DNA from: Eledone cirrhosa
Taxonomy: Eukaryota
Assembly: GCA_964016885.1 (NCBI GenBank)
Contig: OZ024744.1
Location: forward strand, 115,134,001 to 115,198,000
Direction of reading: 5' to 3'
Length of the DNA stretch: 64,000 nt
Part shown: positions 52,220 through 64,000 of the stretch, piece by piece
Numbering within the stretch: the stretch's first letter is position 1
Layout of the letters: every line of letters begins with the position of its first letter
Made by a program: the position numbers and the translations under genes
The notes under the pieces: model-generated
What the model saw: only the letters and a program-made list of their open reading frames with translations
The model's database searches: none
Told to the model about the DNA's origin: nothing

Positions 52220-54962
52220 AGGTGTCCAGGATTGCGAGGCAGTGTGTCAGAGAGAAGTGTGTCCGGAATGATAAAGGTGAGCTTGCCCTCACGCTGAGAA
52301 GAAAGATGCATAGAAGAGCCACTATGAAAGATTACTGAATGAGGAGAATGCATGGGAGAAAGGGAACCTACCCCCAAATGGACCCTATAGAGGGGCCAGC
52401 AGTACAAGTCAGCAGCAGCGTAGTAAGGCAATTAAAGATATGGAGACTGGGAAGGCAACCAGTCCATTGGGTATAGTTGCCGAGATGCTGAAGGCATCTG
52501 GGTCAGTAGGTTTCACCATAACTACACGTATTGTTAACCAGGTAAAACTAGAGGGTGTCATACCAAAAGATTGGTGCAGTAGCATCATTGTCAACTGCTA
52601 CAAGGGTAAAGGTGATGCACTAGATAGAGGAAACTTACCGATGCCTGTCTGCAAAATAAAGCAATTATTAAAGAGATAATCAGAAGAGTTCTGGAGAATG
52701 AACTCTAACGATAATGAAGACAACTGCAAGGATATGGTCCGAACGTGGAAGAACCGGACTCCCACTGTCATCACCTCAATCTCTCTCGCCCTCCCTATCT
52801 ATCTGTGTGGTGAGCAAATGGGGTCCCACATGCTGGCCTCCCCACAGCCCCGACAGACAGAATTTAGGTGTTTCCACCTCAGAGCCTATTCCAGCTTAAC
52901 ACCTATGGTGGTGAATAGGGAGGTGGTCTTAGGGCCATGGACACCAGAAGTTTCCACTGCCAAGGGCTCAACCGCAAACCTGTCGGAGAGCGACCAGTAC
53001 TTGGAGAATTTGCTCCCCTCAGCCTGAAGTGCAGCCGAACCTGGGTTAGTTGCAGACTGCACCAGGTTACGGCTGGAAAAAGTGTCGCTGCAAGTAGCAT
53101 CCCAGACGAGGGGTTTGCCACTGCGGAACGGGAAGATGGTCATACCATCTGGCTTTTTGCCGCCCCCTCGGTCCAGCCCCACTGACTCGAGCTGGGAGGG
53201 GAAGCCTGCAGCATCAAAGCCATGCTTTATGACCTTGTTGAGGGCAGCATGGCATGGAAGGCGGCTGGCACTGTGGCGGGAAAGCGAGTGGAGGTCGAAG
53301 AGTCACAGTGGATCCACAGCGACATTTATGTGGCTCACAGATCCAGAGGCCAAGCCTCAAGGAAACACTGATGCGCAGGCTATCGTTATCCAAGGGGAAA
53401 CTATAAAGGCATAAAGCTGATGGACCAGGTCATGAAAGTAACGGAAAGAGTTATAACACAGTTGATTAGGGGCCGGGTGAAACTAGATGAGATGCAATTT
53501 GGGTTTGTGCCAGGAAAAGGCACCACTGATGCCCTCTTCCTTGTGAGGCAGTTACAGGAAAAGTACCTAGCTAAAAGTAAGCCGCTCTACCTGGCATTCG
53601 TCGATCTCGAGAAAGCCTTCGACAGAGTCCCCTGTGCTATAATCTGGTGGGCTCTTAGAAAACTAGGAGTAGATGAATGGCTTGTGAAAGCTGTACAAGC
53701 CATGTAGAGGGGAGCAGTCAGCAAAGTAAGGATTAGCAATGAATATAGCAAGGAATTTAGCATACAGGTCTGTGTCCACCAGGGCTCTGTTTTTAGCCCT
53801 CTCCTGTTTATTATTGTATTGCAGGCAATAACGGAAGAGTTTAAGACTGGATGCCCATGGGAACTCCTGTATGCAGATGATCTCACACTTATCGCTGAAT
53901 CTATGGTGGAACTAGAGAAGAAATTCCAAACATGGAAGCGGGGACTAGAAAGAAAGGGTCTCAAAGTCAACCTGACAAAGACTAAGATCCTCGTAAGTAG
54001 AAGAGAAAACAGAACCCAGATCCCCTCAGGCAAATGGCCTTGCTCAGTATGTAGGAAAGGTGTAAGTAGAAACTCGATCCTCTGTCCTAAATGCAAATAT
54101 GGGTACACAAGAGATGTAGTGGGATCTCAGGAAGCTTAACTAAGAATGTAGGCTTTACATGTAGCAACTGCACAGGAAACAAGCACCACCAAACTCTGGG
54201 AGGGCTCTGTAGAAACAGTAGACAGATTTTGCTACCTAGGTGACTGAATTAGCAGTGGAGGTGGGTGTTCTGAAAGTACAGTAACTAGGATAAGAACGGG
54301 ATGGAAGTTCAAGGAGCTACTGCCTCCGTTAACTGCAAAAGGCTTTTCCCTCAAAATGAAAGGCAGACTGTATAGTGCGTGTATACGAACAGCAATGTTA
54401 CATAGTAGAGAGATCTGGGCGCTGTCTGTGGAAGACTTGTGTAGATTAGAAAGAAACAAAGCTTGCATGCTCCCATGGATGTATAAGCAAAGCATAAACG
54501 ATGTGATGTGTATGAAGGATGACAGCTGCATAAAAAGGTGCAGATTACTAAAAGTTGCTGGAAGCCATGGAGTGGGGAGACCCAAGAAGACCTGGGATGA
54601 GGTGATAAAAGCTGACCTTGCCCAATTGCACTTCTCAAAGGTGATGACACAGGAACGAGATCTCTTTTATTATGATATGATACAGAAGACCCAACTTCCC
54701 ATGGGCACAGGCCAAAGTTGATGCATATAGATAGTATGCTCCTACCCCACCCTTCCATGTGTAGGTGTCACAACAAAAAGCACCCAGCACTCACTGTAAA
54801 TGAGGTTGGTGTTAGGAAGGGCATCCAGCTGTAGAAACCAAACCAAAATTAGTTCTGTATGTGCAAAACATGGTCACCTGACCGGGCACTGCTCACCACA
54901 GGACAACTCGTCTAACCCATGCTAATGTGGAAAATGTACGTAAAACAGTGATGATGATGATG
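52220..54962 (+). mobile_element. Decayed RTE-clade LINE (RT plus 3' UTR), interrupted by an insertion
   Basis: Fragments IPKDWCSSIIVNCYKGKGDALDRGN, MQFGFVPGKGTTDA...FVDLEKAFDRV, HQGSVFSPLLF, ELLYADDL, WPCSVCRKGV, YLGD, GRPKKTW, with several stops and frameshifts. (GAT)n tail at ~54949-54961. Confidence 0.95.
52636..53395 (-). mobile_element. 5'-truncated CRE-like (restriction-like endonuclease) non-LTR retrotransposon fragment nested in the RTE
   Basis: Minus strand: [27 protein letters not shown] (zinc knuckle), [38 protein letters not shown]...KY...EPLAVETSG (PD-D/ExK-type RLE). GGAAACT is duplicated at both junctions. Confidence 0.82.
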
Positions 54963-54986
54963 TATGTGAGTGAGTGTGTGACTTAC

Positions 54987-55090
54987 CTGGACATCCTGAA
55001 TAACACTGCTATATCTATCTCGGGCAATTAAATTCTCTTTATTTACAAGAGTTTGGGGAGATACAGGTTGTGGTAATGTTGACAGTGGTC
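54987..55090 (-). CDS. SYNRG: Synergin gamma internal exon (104 bp, phase 1 to 0)
   Basis: ttctctttattccag|...cag|gtaagt; encodes (G)PLSTLPQPVSPQTLVNKENLIARDRYSSVIQDVQ, matching SYNRG LPVIRDKYKDLTGEVE. Phases join 57877 and 19481. Confidence 0.88.
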
Positions 55091-55112
55091 CTGGAATAAA
55101 GAGAAAATATAG

Positions 55113-55765
55113 AGTGGTGGTGGTGGTGGGGTGGTATGGTGGTGGTGGTGGTGGTGGTGGTGGTGTTGGTGGAGATGGTGGTGGTAGTGGTGGTGGTGGT
55201 AGTGGTTGTGTGTTGCGGTGGTAGCGTTTGTTTTGATGCTACTAATGGTGGTGTTGGAGAGGATGGTGGTGGTGTTAGTGTTGGTGGTGGTAGTTGTGTT
55301 GGTGATGGTGGTTGTGGGGGTGGTGGTGGTGGCGGTGTTTCTGTTGTTGCTTGTTGTGTTGATGGCGGTGGTGGTGTTGGTAGCGATGGTGGTGGTGGTG
55401 GTGGTGGTGTGTTGGTAGTGATGGTGGTGATGGTGGTGGTGTTGGTGGTGATGGTGATGGTGGTGTTGGTAGTGATGGTGGTGATGCTGTTGGTAGTGGT
55501 GGTGATGGTGGTGGTGATGGTGGTGATAGTGGTGGTGATGGTGGTGACGGTGGTGGTGGTGATGCTGGTGATGGTGATGGTGATGGTGGTGCTGGTGGTG
55601 GTGGTGCTGGTGGTGAAGCTGGTGATGATGATGTGTTGGTAGTGATGGTGATAATGGTGGTGATGGTGGTGGTTTTGATAGTGATGGTGGTGATGATGGT
55701 GGTGATGGTGGTGATGATGGTGTGTGTGTGATTTTCTGTTTTGGTAGTGATGCAGGTGGTGATAA
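55113..55765. repeat. (GGT/GAT)n degenerate tract
   Basis: Direct reading; source of the Thr/His/Pro/Val-rich ORFs. Confidence 0.95.
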
Positions 55766-56019
55766 TATTTGTTTGTCCAAAGGCACGAAGTCCCAACCAT
55801 TTTTTGAGGCATATAATAGTTTTCATCAACACCAATATGTAACTGGTATAGTTTTTATCAACCCAATATTGGACGAAAGGAGCCATTACATTAATGTTGA
55901 TTGTTCTGTCAGAATTAGTTCTGCTGTGGTGGGTGTCACATTCTGTTCTCTAAGATTTGGAGTACGGTTGAGGTAACAGACTTGAAAAAATTAAATACTG
56001 ATGTTGTTATCAGGTCAGC

Positions 56020-57820
56020 ACTCCAGTATAGCCACAGTCCAATGACTGACACCAGTAAAACAGTACTGAGGTTGATATGGTAGACTATATCAAGGTAGTG
56101 GCCCAGTATGGCCACAGTCTAATGACTGACACCAGTAAAACAGTACTGAGGTTGATCTGGTAGACTATATCAGGTAGTACCCCAGTTCAGCCACAATCTA
56201 ATGACTGACACCAGTAAAACAGTACTGAGGTTGATATGGTAGACTATATCAAGGTAGTGCCCCAGTATGGCCACAGTCTAATGACTGACACCAGTAAAAC
56301 AGTAGTGAGGTTGATATGGTAGACTATATCAAGGTAGTGCCCCAGTATGGCCACAGTCTAATGACTGACACCAATAAAACAGTACTGAGGTTGATATGGT
56401 AGTCTGTATCAAGGTAGTGCCCCAGTATGGCCACAGTCTAATGACTGACACCAGTAAAACTGTACTGAGGTTGATATGGTAGTCTGTATCAAGGTAGTGC
56501 CCCATTATGGCCACAGTCTAATGACTGACACCAGTAAAACAGTAGTGAGGTTGATATGGTAGACTATATCAAGGTAGTGCCCCAGTATGGCCACAGTCTA
56601 ATGACTGACACCAGTAAAACATTACTGAGGTTGATATGGTAGACTATATCAAAGTAGTGCCCCAGTATGGCCACAGTCTAATGACTGACACCAGTAAAAC
56701 AGTACTGAGGTTGATATGGTAGACTATATCAAGGTAGTGCCCCAGTATGGCCACAGTCTAATGACTGACACCAGTAAAATAGTAGTGAGTTTGATATGGT
56801 AGACTATATCAAGGTAGTGCCCCAGTATGGCCACAGTCTAATGACTGATACATGTAAAACAGTACTGAGGTTGATATGGTAGACTATATCAAGGTAGTGC
56901 CCCAGTATGGCCACAGTCTAATGACTGACACATGTAAAACAGTACTGAGGTTGATATGGTAGACTATATCAAGGTACTGCCCCAGTATGGGCACAGTCTA
57001 ATGACTGACAACAGTAAAACAGTAGTGAGGTTGATATGGTAGACTATATCAAGGTAGTGCCCCAGTATGGCCACAGTCTAATGACTGACACCAGTAAAAC
57101 AGTACTGAGGTTGATCTGGTAGACTATATCAAGGTAGAGCCCCAGTATGGCCACAGTCTAATGACTGACACCAGTAAAACAGTACAGAGGTTGATATGAT
57201 AGACTATATCAAGGTAGTGCCCCATTATGGCCACAGTCTAATGACTGACACATGTAAAACAGTACTGAGGTTGATATAGTAGACTATATCAAGGTAGTGC
57301 CCCAGTATGGCCACAGTCTAATGACTGACACCAGTAAAACAGTACTGAGGTTGATATGGTATACTATAACAAGGTAGTGCCCCAGTATGGCCACAGTCTA
57401 ATGACTGACACCTGTAAAACAGTACTGAGGTTGATATGGTAGACTATATCAAGGTAGTGCCCCAGTATGGCCACAGTCTAATGACTGACACCAGTAAAAC
57501 TGTACTGAGGTTGATATGGTAGTCTATATCAAGGTAGTGCCCCAGTATGGTCACAGTCTAATGACTGACACCAGTAAAACATTACTGAGGTTGATATTGT
57601 AGACTATATCAAGGTAGTGCCCCAGTATGGTCACAGTCTAATGACTGACACCAGTAAAATAGTAGTGAGGTTGATATGGTAGACTATATCAAGGTAGTGC
57701 CCCAGTATGGCCACAGTCTAATGACTGACACCAGTAAAACAGTAGTGAGGTTGATATGATAGACTATATCAAGGTAGTGCCCCAGTATGACCACAGTCTA
57801 ATGACTGACACCAGTAAAAG
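56020..57820 (+). repeat. 80-bp minisatellite, ~22 copies, probably an amplified SINE 3' end
   Basis: Period 80 (56341 to 56421). The unit contains aaggtagtgccccagtatggccacagtctaatgactgacaccagtaaaa, resembling the remembered octopus SINE terminus AAGGCGGTGCTCCAGCATGGCCGCAGTCAAATGACTGAAACAAGTAAAAG. Confidence 0.92.
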
Positions 57821-57876
57821 CATGTAAGGACAAGCATTCAACAATATACTTTTAAAGAGATAATGTGAAAACTTAC

Positions 57877-59061
57877 CGACGACAGACGTTTCAGCAGTAA
57901 GGTTTTGAACACACCTATTTTTATTATCATCTGACACATTCTCTGCATTGTTATCACAAATTTCAGCCCAGCCCTGGTCATCATTCCTGAACTCAAGGCT
58001 GTCAAGTGATTTAGACTCAAGCGTTGTTTCTTGTTTCTGTAATGTTTCAAAGGCTGGAAATTCCGAACTCGACACTGATTGGCTATCAGCGGCCATGTCA
58101 AGGTCTCTTTGATTTTGGCGCCCAGCTGAATTATAACTGAGTTCAAGGCTTGATACGGATTGTGAGTCTTCCTTCTGGAATTTATTGTTATCCTGCCAAC
58201 TCAGACTATCAGTATCTTTCGAAGAATGACTATCTTCGTCAGCAAAATCAAAGTTACCAGCTTGGCACGATGACTGGTTTTCACCTGAGTAAGTATCAGT
58301 AGTTCGACTCTTTGCCATGTGTGTGTGTCCCAAACGTAAATTTGAGCAGTTGACAGGCGTTGGGAAACCAACTGTTTCAGTGAAATCAAAGCTGTCGATA
58401 CCCCGAGAAAAACCACCAAACTCGTCTTCACCTTCTGTGGAATCATCTAGTGGAGGTGGTTCGTGGAACAAATCAAGTTGAGATGAAAGATTTAAACTGA
58501 CATTCGATGCAGCTGTTGGCTGCTGTTGCTGAAAGTTTCGACAAGAACTAGTTGTATTTTCTAGTTTCACTTTTGTTTTGTCTTTCTTTGAGACATTCTT
58601 TCTTGTACCTCCAATAGCATCAGTTGATAATGTTTCTAGATGACTTACAGTATTTTCTCGAGGCACATTCTCCCGTACTTTAAACAGGCTCAGTATTTCT
58701 CCTCTCTGTAAATTATCTTTCACGATAGTCACAAGAGATGAGGACCCATTACCATTTGCAGAATTACCAGAATCAACATCAAAACTGCTTCCTTCACATT
58801 CAACAGATTGTTTTTTCTCTGAGAAAAAATGTGCTGCTGCCGAGGAACCAACTTTTGGTGGTTGAATGGAATTGTTTTCTGCAGAATTCGATGTGATTTC
58901 AGCGAAATCTGCCCAATTATTTGAACTACTGTTAGACGAGACTTGAAATTCTGCCCAGCCAGTATCATCATCATCAACGGGATTCACATTTGATGCCAAA
59001 ACGCTGTTCTTCACTGCAATGTCATAGGGTGGAGGAATATGTGACTGACAGTCCTGACCTG
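57877..59061 (-). CDS. SYNRG: Synergin gamma large internal exon (1185 bp, phase 1 to 1), disordered AP-1 gamma-ear-binding region
   Basis: Within ORF 57764-59104; acceptor ttattgcag|, donor g|gtaagt. Acidic [FW]xxF motifs (DDDTGWAEFQ, NWADFAE, EDEFGGFS, SEFPAFE) and KEDSQSVSSLEL/ESKSLDSLEF, similar to SYNRG KEDSASVKSLDL. Confidence 0.9.
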
Positions 59062-59239
59062 CTGCAATAATAAAACAAAAAATAAAAATAAAATTAATTA
59101 TCACAAAAATATAAAAATATATAAAAATAGAAAATAATATTTATGTACTTGTGTTAATTTCATATATTTTCATGGAAGACAAAGAACAAATATCATACTC
59201 ATCCTTAAACACCAATAATAACAATCTCTTTATGATAAA

Positions 59240-59357
59240 TAAATGTCATAAACAGATATACAAATGTCATAAAAATGTTATCATATGGTGTACAAATGTC
59301 ATAAAAATGTTATCATATGGTATACAAATGTCATAAAAGTGTTATCATATGATATAT
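59240..59357. repeat. 32-bp tandem repeat, ~3 copies
   Basis: tacaaatgtcataaaaatgttatcatatggt repeated. Confidence 0.85.
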
Positions 59358-59529
59358 AACAGCAAAGAATGGAAACTATAATTGTCCCCAGAATACAACG
59401 GAGGAACGACGGCTTTAAACAAAAAATAAACTTATTGAATATATTAAATCAATAATATTGTTTTTTGTTTATTTTAGTTTTTACTGATCCAAGAAAAAAT
59501 GATTCCTAAAATACTTACTTTAAGAGGTG

Positions 59530-59758
59530 ATAATCTTAAGACCTGTCACACCTTAATATACAGTACCTTGTAATACAATATTAAGACCTGTCATAACTAG
59601 ATATACTGTTGTTTGTAATACAATCTTAAGACCTGTCATAACTAGATATACTGTTGTTTGTAATACAATATTAAGACCTGTCATAACTAGAAATACAGTA
59701 CCTTCTAATACAATATTAAGACCTATCATAACTAGATATACTGTTGTTTGTAATACAA
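59530..59758. repeat. 45-bp minisatellite, ~5 copies (unrelated to the large satellite)
   Basis: Unit taatacaatattaagacctgtcataactagatatactgttgtttg. Confidence 0.92.
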
Positions 59759-59898
59759 CCAACTACGTAATTTCCTGGTTATAGTATACATCACTATTTT
59801 CATAAAACTAGATAACATTGAATTTTCTAGTCTTAAAAAACCTCTATATAATTTTATAGTTTTGAACAATTACGAAATAAAATGAGATACAATTGCAG

Positions 59899-60758
59899 CT
59901 CACACCTATGTAGGTTTAGCTGGTCTCCTACAAGGCTGTATCACATAGGAGGTTTCTTGGGTGTTTTAATGATAGGGACCCCAGTCCTATCATGTTACAT
60001 CTCACACCGATGTAGGTTTAGCTGGTCTCCTACAAGGCTGTATCACATAGGAGGTTTCTTGGGTGTTTTAATGATAGGGACCCCAGTCCTATCATGTTAC
60101 ATCTCACACCTATGTAGGTTTAGCTGGTCTCCTACAAGGTTATATCTCATGGGAGGTTTCTTGGGTGTTTTAATGATAGGGACCCCACTCCTATCATGTT
60201 ACATCTCACACCTATGTAGGTTTAGTTTGTCTCCTACAAGGTTGTATCTCATAGGAGGTTTCTTGGGTGTTTTAATGATAGGGACCCCAGTCCTATCATG
60301 TTACATCTCACACCTATGTAGGTTTAGTTTGTCTCCTACAAGGTTGTATCTCATAGGAGGTTTCTTGGGTGTTTTAATGATAGGGACCCCAGTCCTATCA
60401 TGTTACATCTCACACCTATGTAAGTTTAGTTGGTCTCCTACAAGGTTGTATCTCATAGGAGGTTTCTTGGGTGTTTTAATGATAGGGACCCCAGTCCTAT
60501 CATGTTACATCTCACACCTATGTAGGTTTAGTTGCTCTCCTACAAGGTTGTATCTCATAGGAGGTTTCTTGGGTGATTTAATGATAGGGACCCCAGTCCT
60601 ATCATGTTACAGCTCACACCTATGTAGGTTTAGTTGATCTCCTACAAGGTTGTATCTCATAGGAGGTTTCTTGGGTGATTTAATGATAGGGACCCCAGTC
60701 CTATCATGTTACAACTCACACCTATGTAGGTTTAGTTGATCTCCTACAAGGTTGTATC
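59899..60758. repeat. 102-bp minisatellite, ~8.4 copies
   Basis: ctcacacc at 59899, 60001 and onward; 34-aa periodicity in ORF 59882-60637. Confidence 0.96.
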
Positions 60759-60791
60759 AATGACAACCTCCACCTCCTGCAATACGTCATA

Positions 60792-61113
60792 GACCATAGG
60801 TATGCGGGTGGGGGCAGTAAAGCCAGGTTTAGTCAGGATTCTGTTGACCATAGGTATGTGGGTGGGGGCAGTAAAGCCAGGTTTAGTCAGGATTCTGTTG
60901 ACCATAGGTATGTGGGTGGGGGCAGTAAAGCCAGGTTTAGTCAGGATTCTGTTGACCATAGGTATGTGGGTGGGGGCAGTAAAGCCAGATTTAGTCAGGA
61001 TTCTGTTGACCATAGGTATGTGGGTGGGGGCAGTAAAGCCAGGTTTAGTCAGGATTCTGTTGACCATAGGTATGTGGGTGGGGGCAGTAAAGCCAGGTTT
61101 AGTCAGGATTCTG
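60792..61113. repeat. 54-bp minisatellite, 6 copies
   Basis: Unit gaccataggtatgtgggtgggggcagtaaagccaggtttagtcaggattctgtt. Confidence 0.96.
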
Positions 61114-61509
61114 ATCATTTTGGATCAATTGAAAGCTTTTAGATAGAGTTGTCTATCGTCATGGAGACAGGTGGTTTTAGTTATGTCTTTGGCATCTGTG
61201 GAGTTTTGTCAAACTGCTGTTATTGCATCTAAGAAGGATCCAGCTATGGGTTGACTCCAATGTGAAAGGGATTTCTGGAAGTTATTTATGGGCCCTGGAC
61301 CAAAAGTCTTCCAGAAAAGAGTGGCTCGTTGATTTGTATTGATGTCCAGAGTTTCCTCAAACTACATTGTCACTGCTACCTATCCCTAACTCTCTATAGA
61401 ACGCCAATATGGAGTTTATACATATCATACTGTCCAATTGGCAGAGATAAACATGTTGATAAATGACACATTTTATCTTTTGTTTTCTACGCACACACAC
61501 ACACATATA

Positions 61510-62052
<543 letters not shown>

Positions 62053-62206
62053 ATGATATGTTACTAGTTAAGACCAATAAGACCATTGTTAAAGTTAGTA
62101 CTCTATACTTTAAGAAAGTAAAGTAGAGTGTAGGTAATATGATTTTCTGCCCTATGGTTGAACTCAAGGCAAAAAACACAAAATGATTCATTTATTAACA
62201 TATTAG

Positions 62207-64000
62207 CAACATATAACAACATATAACATATAACAACACATAACATATAACAACACATAACATATAACAACACACAATAACATATAACAACACATAACAT
62301 ATAACACACAATAACATATAACAACACATAACATATAACAACATATAACATATAACAACACACAATAACATATAACAACATATAACATATAACACACAAT
62401 AACATATAACAACACATAACATATAACAACACATAACATATAACAACACATAACATATAACAACACACAATAACATATAACAACACATAACATATAACAC
62501 ACAATAACATATAACAACATATAACATATAACAACACATAACATATAACAACACATAACATATAACAACACACAATAACATATAACAACACATAACATAT
62601 AACAACACATAACATATAACAACACACAATAACATATAACAACACATAACATATAACAACACACAATAACATATAACAACACATAACATATAACAACACA
62701 TAACATATAACAACACATAACATATAACAACACATAACATATAACAACACACAATAACATATAACAACACATAACATATAACAACACATAACATATAACA
62801 ACACATAACATATAACAACACACAATAACATATAACAACACATAACATATAACAACACATAACATATAACAACACATAACATATAACAACACATAACATA
62901 TAACACACAATAACATATAACAACACATAACATATAACAACACATAACATATAACAACATATAACATATAACAACACACAATAACATATAACAACACATA
63001 ACATATAACAACACACAATAACATATAACAACACATAACATATAACAACACACAACATATAACAACACATAACATATAACAACACACAATAACATATAAC
63101 AACACATAACATATAACAACACACAATAACATATAACAACACATAACATATAACAACACACAATAACATATAACAACACATAACATATAACAACACATAA
63201 CATATAACAACACACAATAACATATAACAACACATAACATATAACAACACATAACATATAACAACACATAACATATAACAACACAATAACATATAACAAC
63301 ACATAACATATAACAACACATAACATATAACAACACATAACATATAACAACACATAACATATAACACACAATAACATATAACAACACATAACATATAACA
63401 ACACATAATATATAACAACACATAACATATAACAACACATAACATATAACACACAATAACATATAACAACACAATAACATATAACAACACATAACATATA
63501 ACACACAATAACATATAACAACACATAACATATAACAACACATAACATATAACAACACACAATAACATATAACAACACATAACATATAACAACACACAAT
63601 AACATATAACAACACATAACATATAACAACACACAATAACATATAACAACACATAACATATAACAACACATAACATATAACAACACATAACATATAACAA
63701 CACATAACATATAACACACAATAACATATAACAACACATAACATATAACAACACATAACATATAACAACACATAACATATAACAACACATAACATATAAC
63801 ACACAATAACATATAACAACACATAACAACACATAACATATAACACACAATAACATATAACAACATATAACATATAACAACACATAACATATAACAACAC
63901 ATAACATATAACAACACAATAACATATAACAACACATAACATATAACAACACACAATAACATATAACAACACATAACATATAACAACACACAATAACATA
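62207..64000. repeat. G-free ~17-22-bp satellite (ACATAACATATAACAAC variants), runs off the right edge
   Basis: Direct reading; the plus strand has no G for ~1.8 kb. Source of the three ~600-aa C/Y/V/M/L ORFs. Confidence 0.97.

Noticed and set aside
55890-55980. Possible extra SYNRG exon after ttttttcaag| (CYLNRTPNLREQNVTPTTAELILTEQSTLM*)
   Set aside because: It reaches a stop with no strong in-phase donor and no recognisable homology, and the flanking exons already join in phase. A minor terminal exon cannot be excluded without RNA data.
57764-59104. The 446-aa ORF as a standalone single-exon gene
   Set aside because: Its N-terminus is a translated polypyrimidine tract and its C-terminus runs into the 80-bp array; splice sites define an internal exon.
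59512-59560. Donor-like gtaagtat on the minus strand as the end of the upstream SYNRG exon
   Set aside because: The frame needed to join the phase-1 acceptor has a TAA immediately before the donor.
62103-63999. Three ~600-aa minus-strand ORFs
   Set aside because: Translations of a low-complexity satellite, open in all three frames.

Overview
AT-rich, repeat-dominated animal genomic DNA. The SINE, RTE and Helitron repertoire looks like a coleoid cephalopod, probably Octopus (inferred from remembered repeat families, not from a search). The whole window lies inside one minus-strand gene, synergin gamma (SYNRG). Five phase-compatible internal exons can be read by hand (59061-57877, 55090-54987, 19481-19331, 12125-12069, 9342-9251); the first and last exons lie outside the window. 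The introns hold about 15 tandem arrays, including a ~30.6 kb, ~680-copy 45-bp satellite with 2.3-2.6 kb higher-order blocks, plus decayed RTE LINEs, a CRE-like LINE fragment nested in an RTE, tRNA-derived SINEs, a non-autonomous Helitron and Penelope-like remnants. Three observations stand out. (1) Many arrays, including the giant satellite, are short slices of the retroelement they sit in, amplified in place. (2) Small (TA)n-flanked, often palindromic elements carry hammerhead-ribozyme folds in the pre-mRNA sense: one has a canonical core and three share a CAGANGA (U4A) core. (3) Long inverted repeats are dense and could form dsRNA in the pre-mRNA. Almost all ORFs in the supplied track are translations of repeats. 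Repeat and transposon boundaries are approximate; exon boundaries were read base by base.
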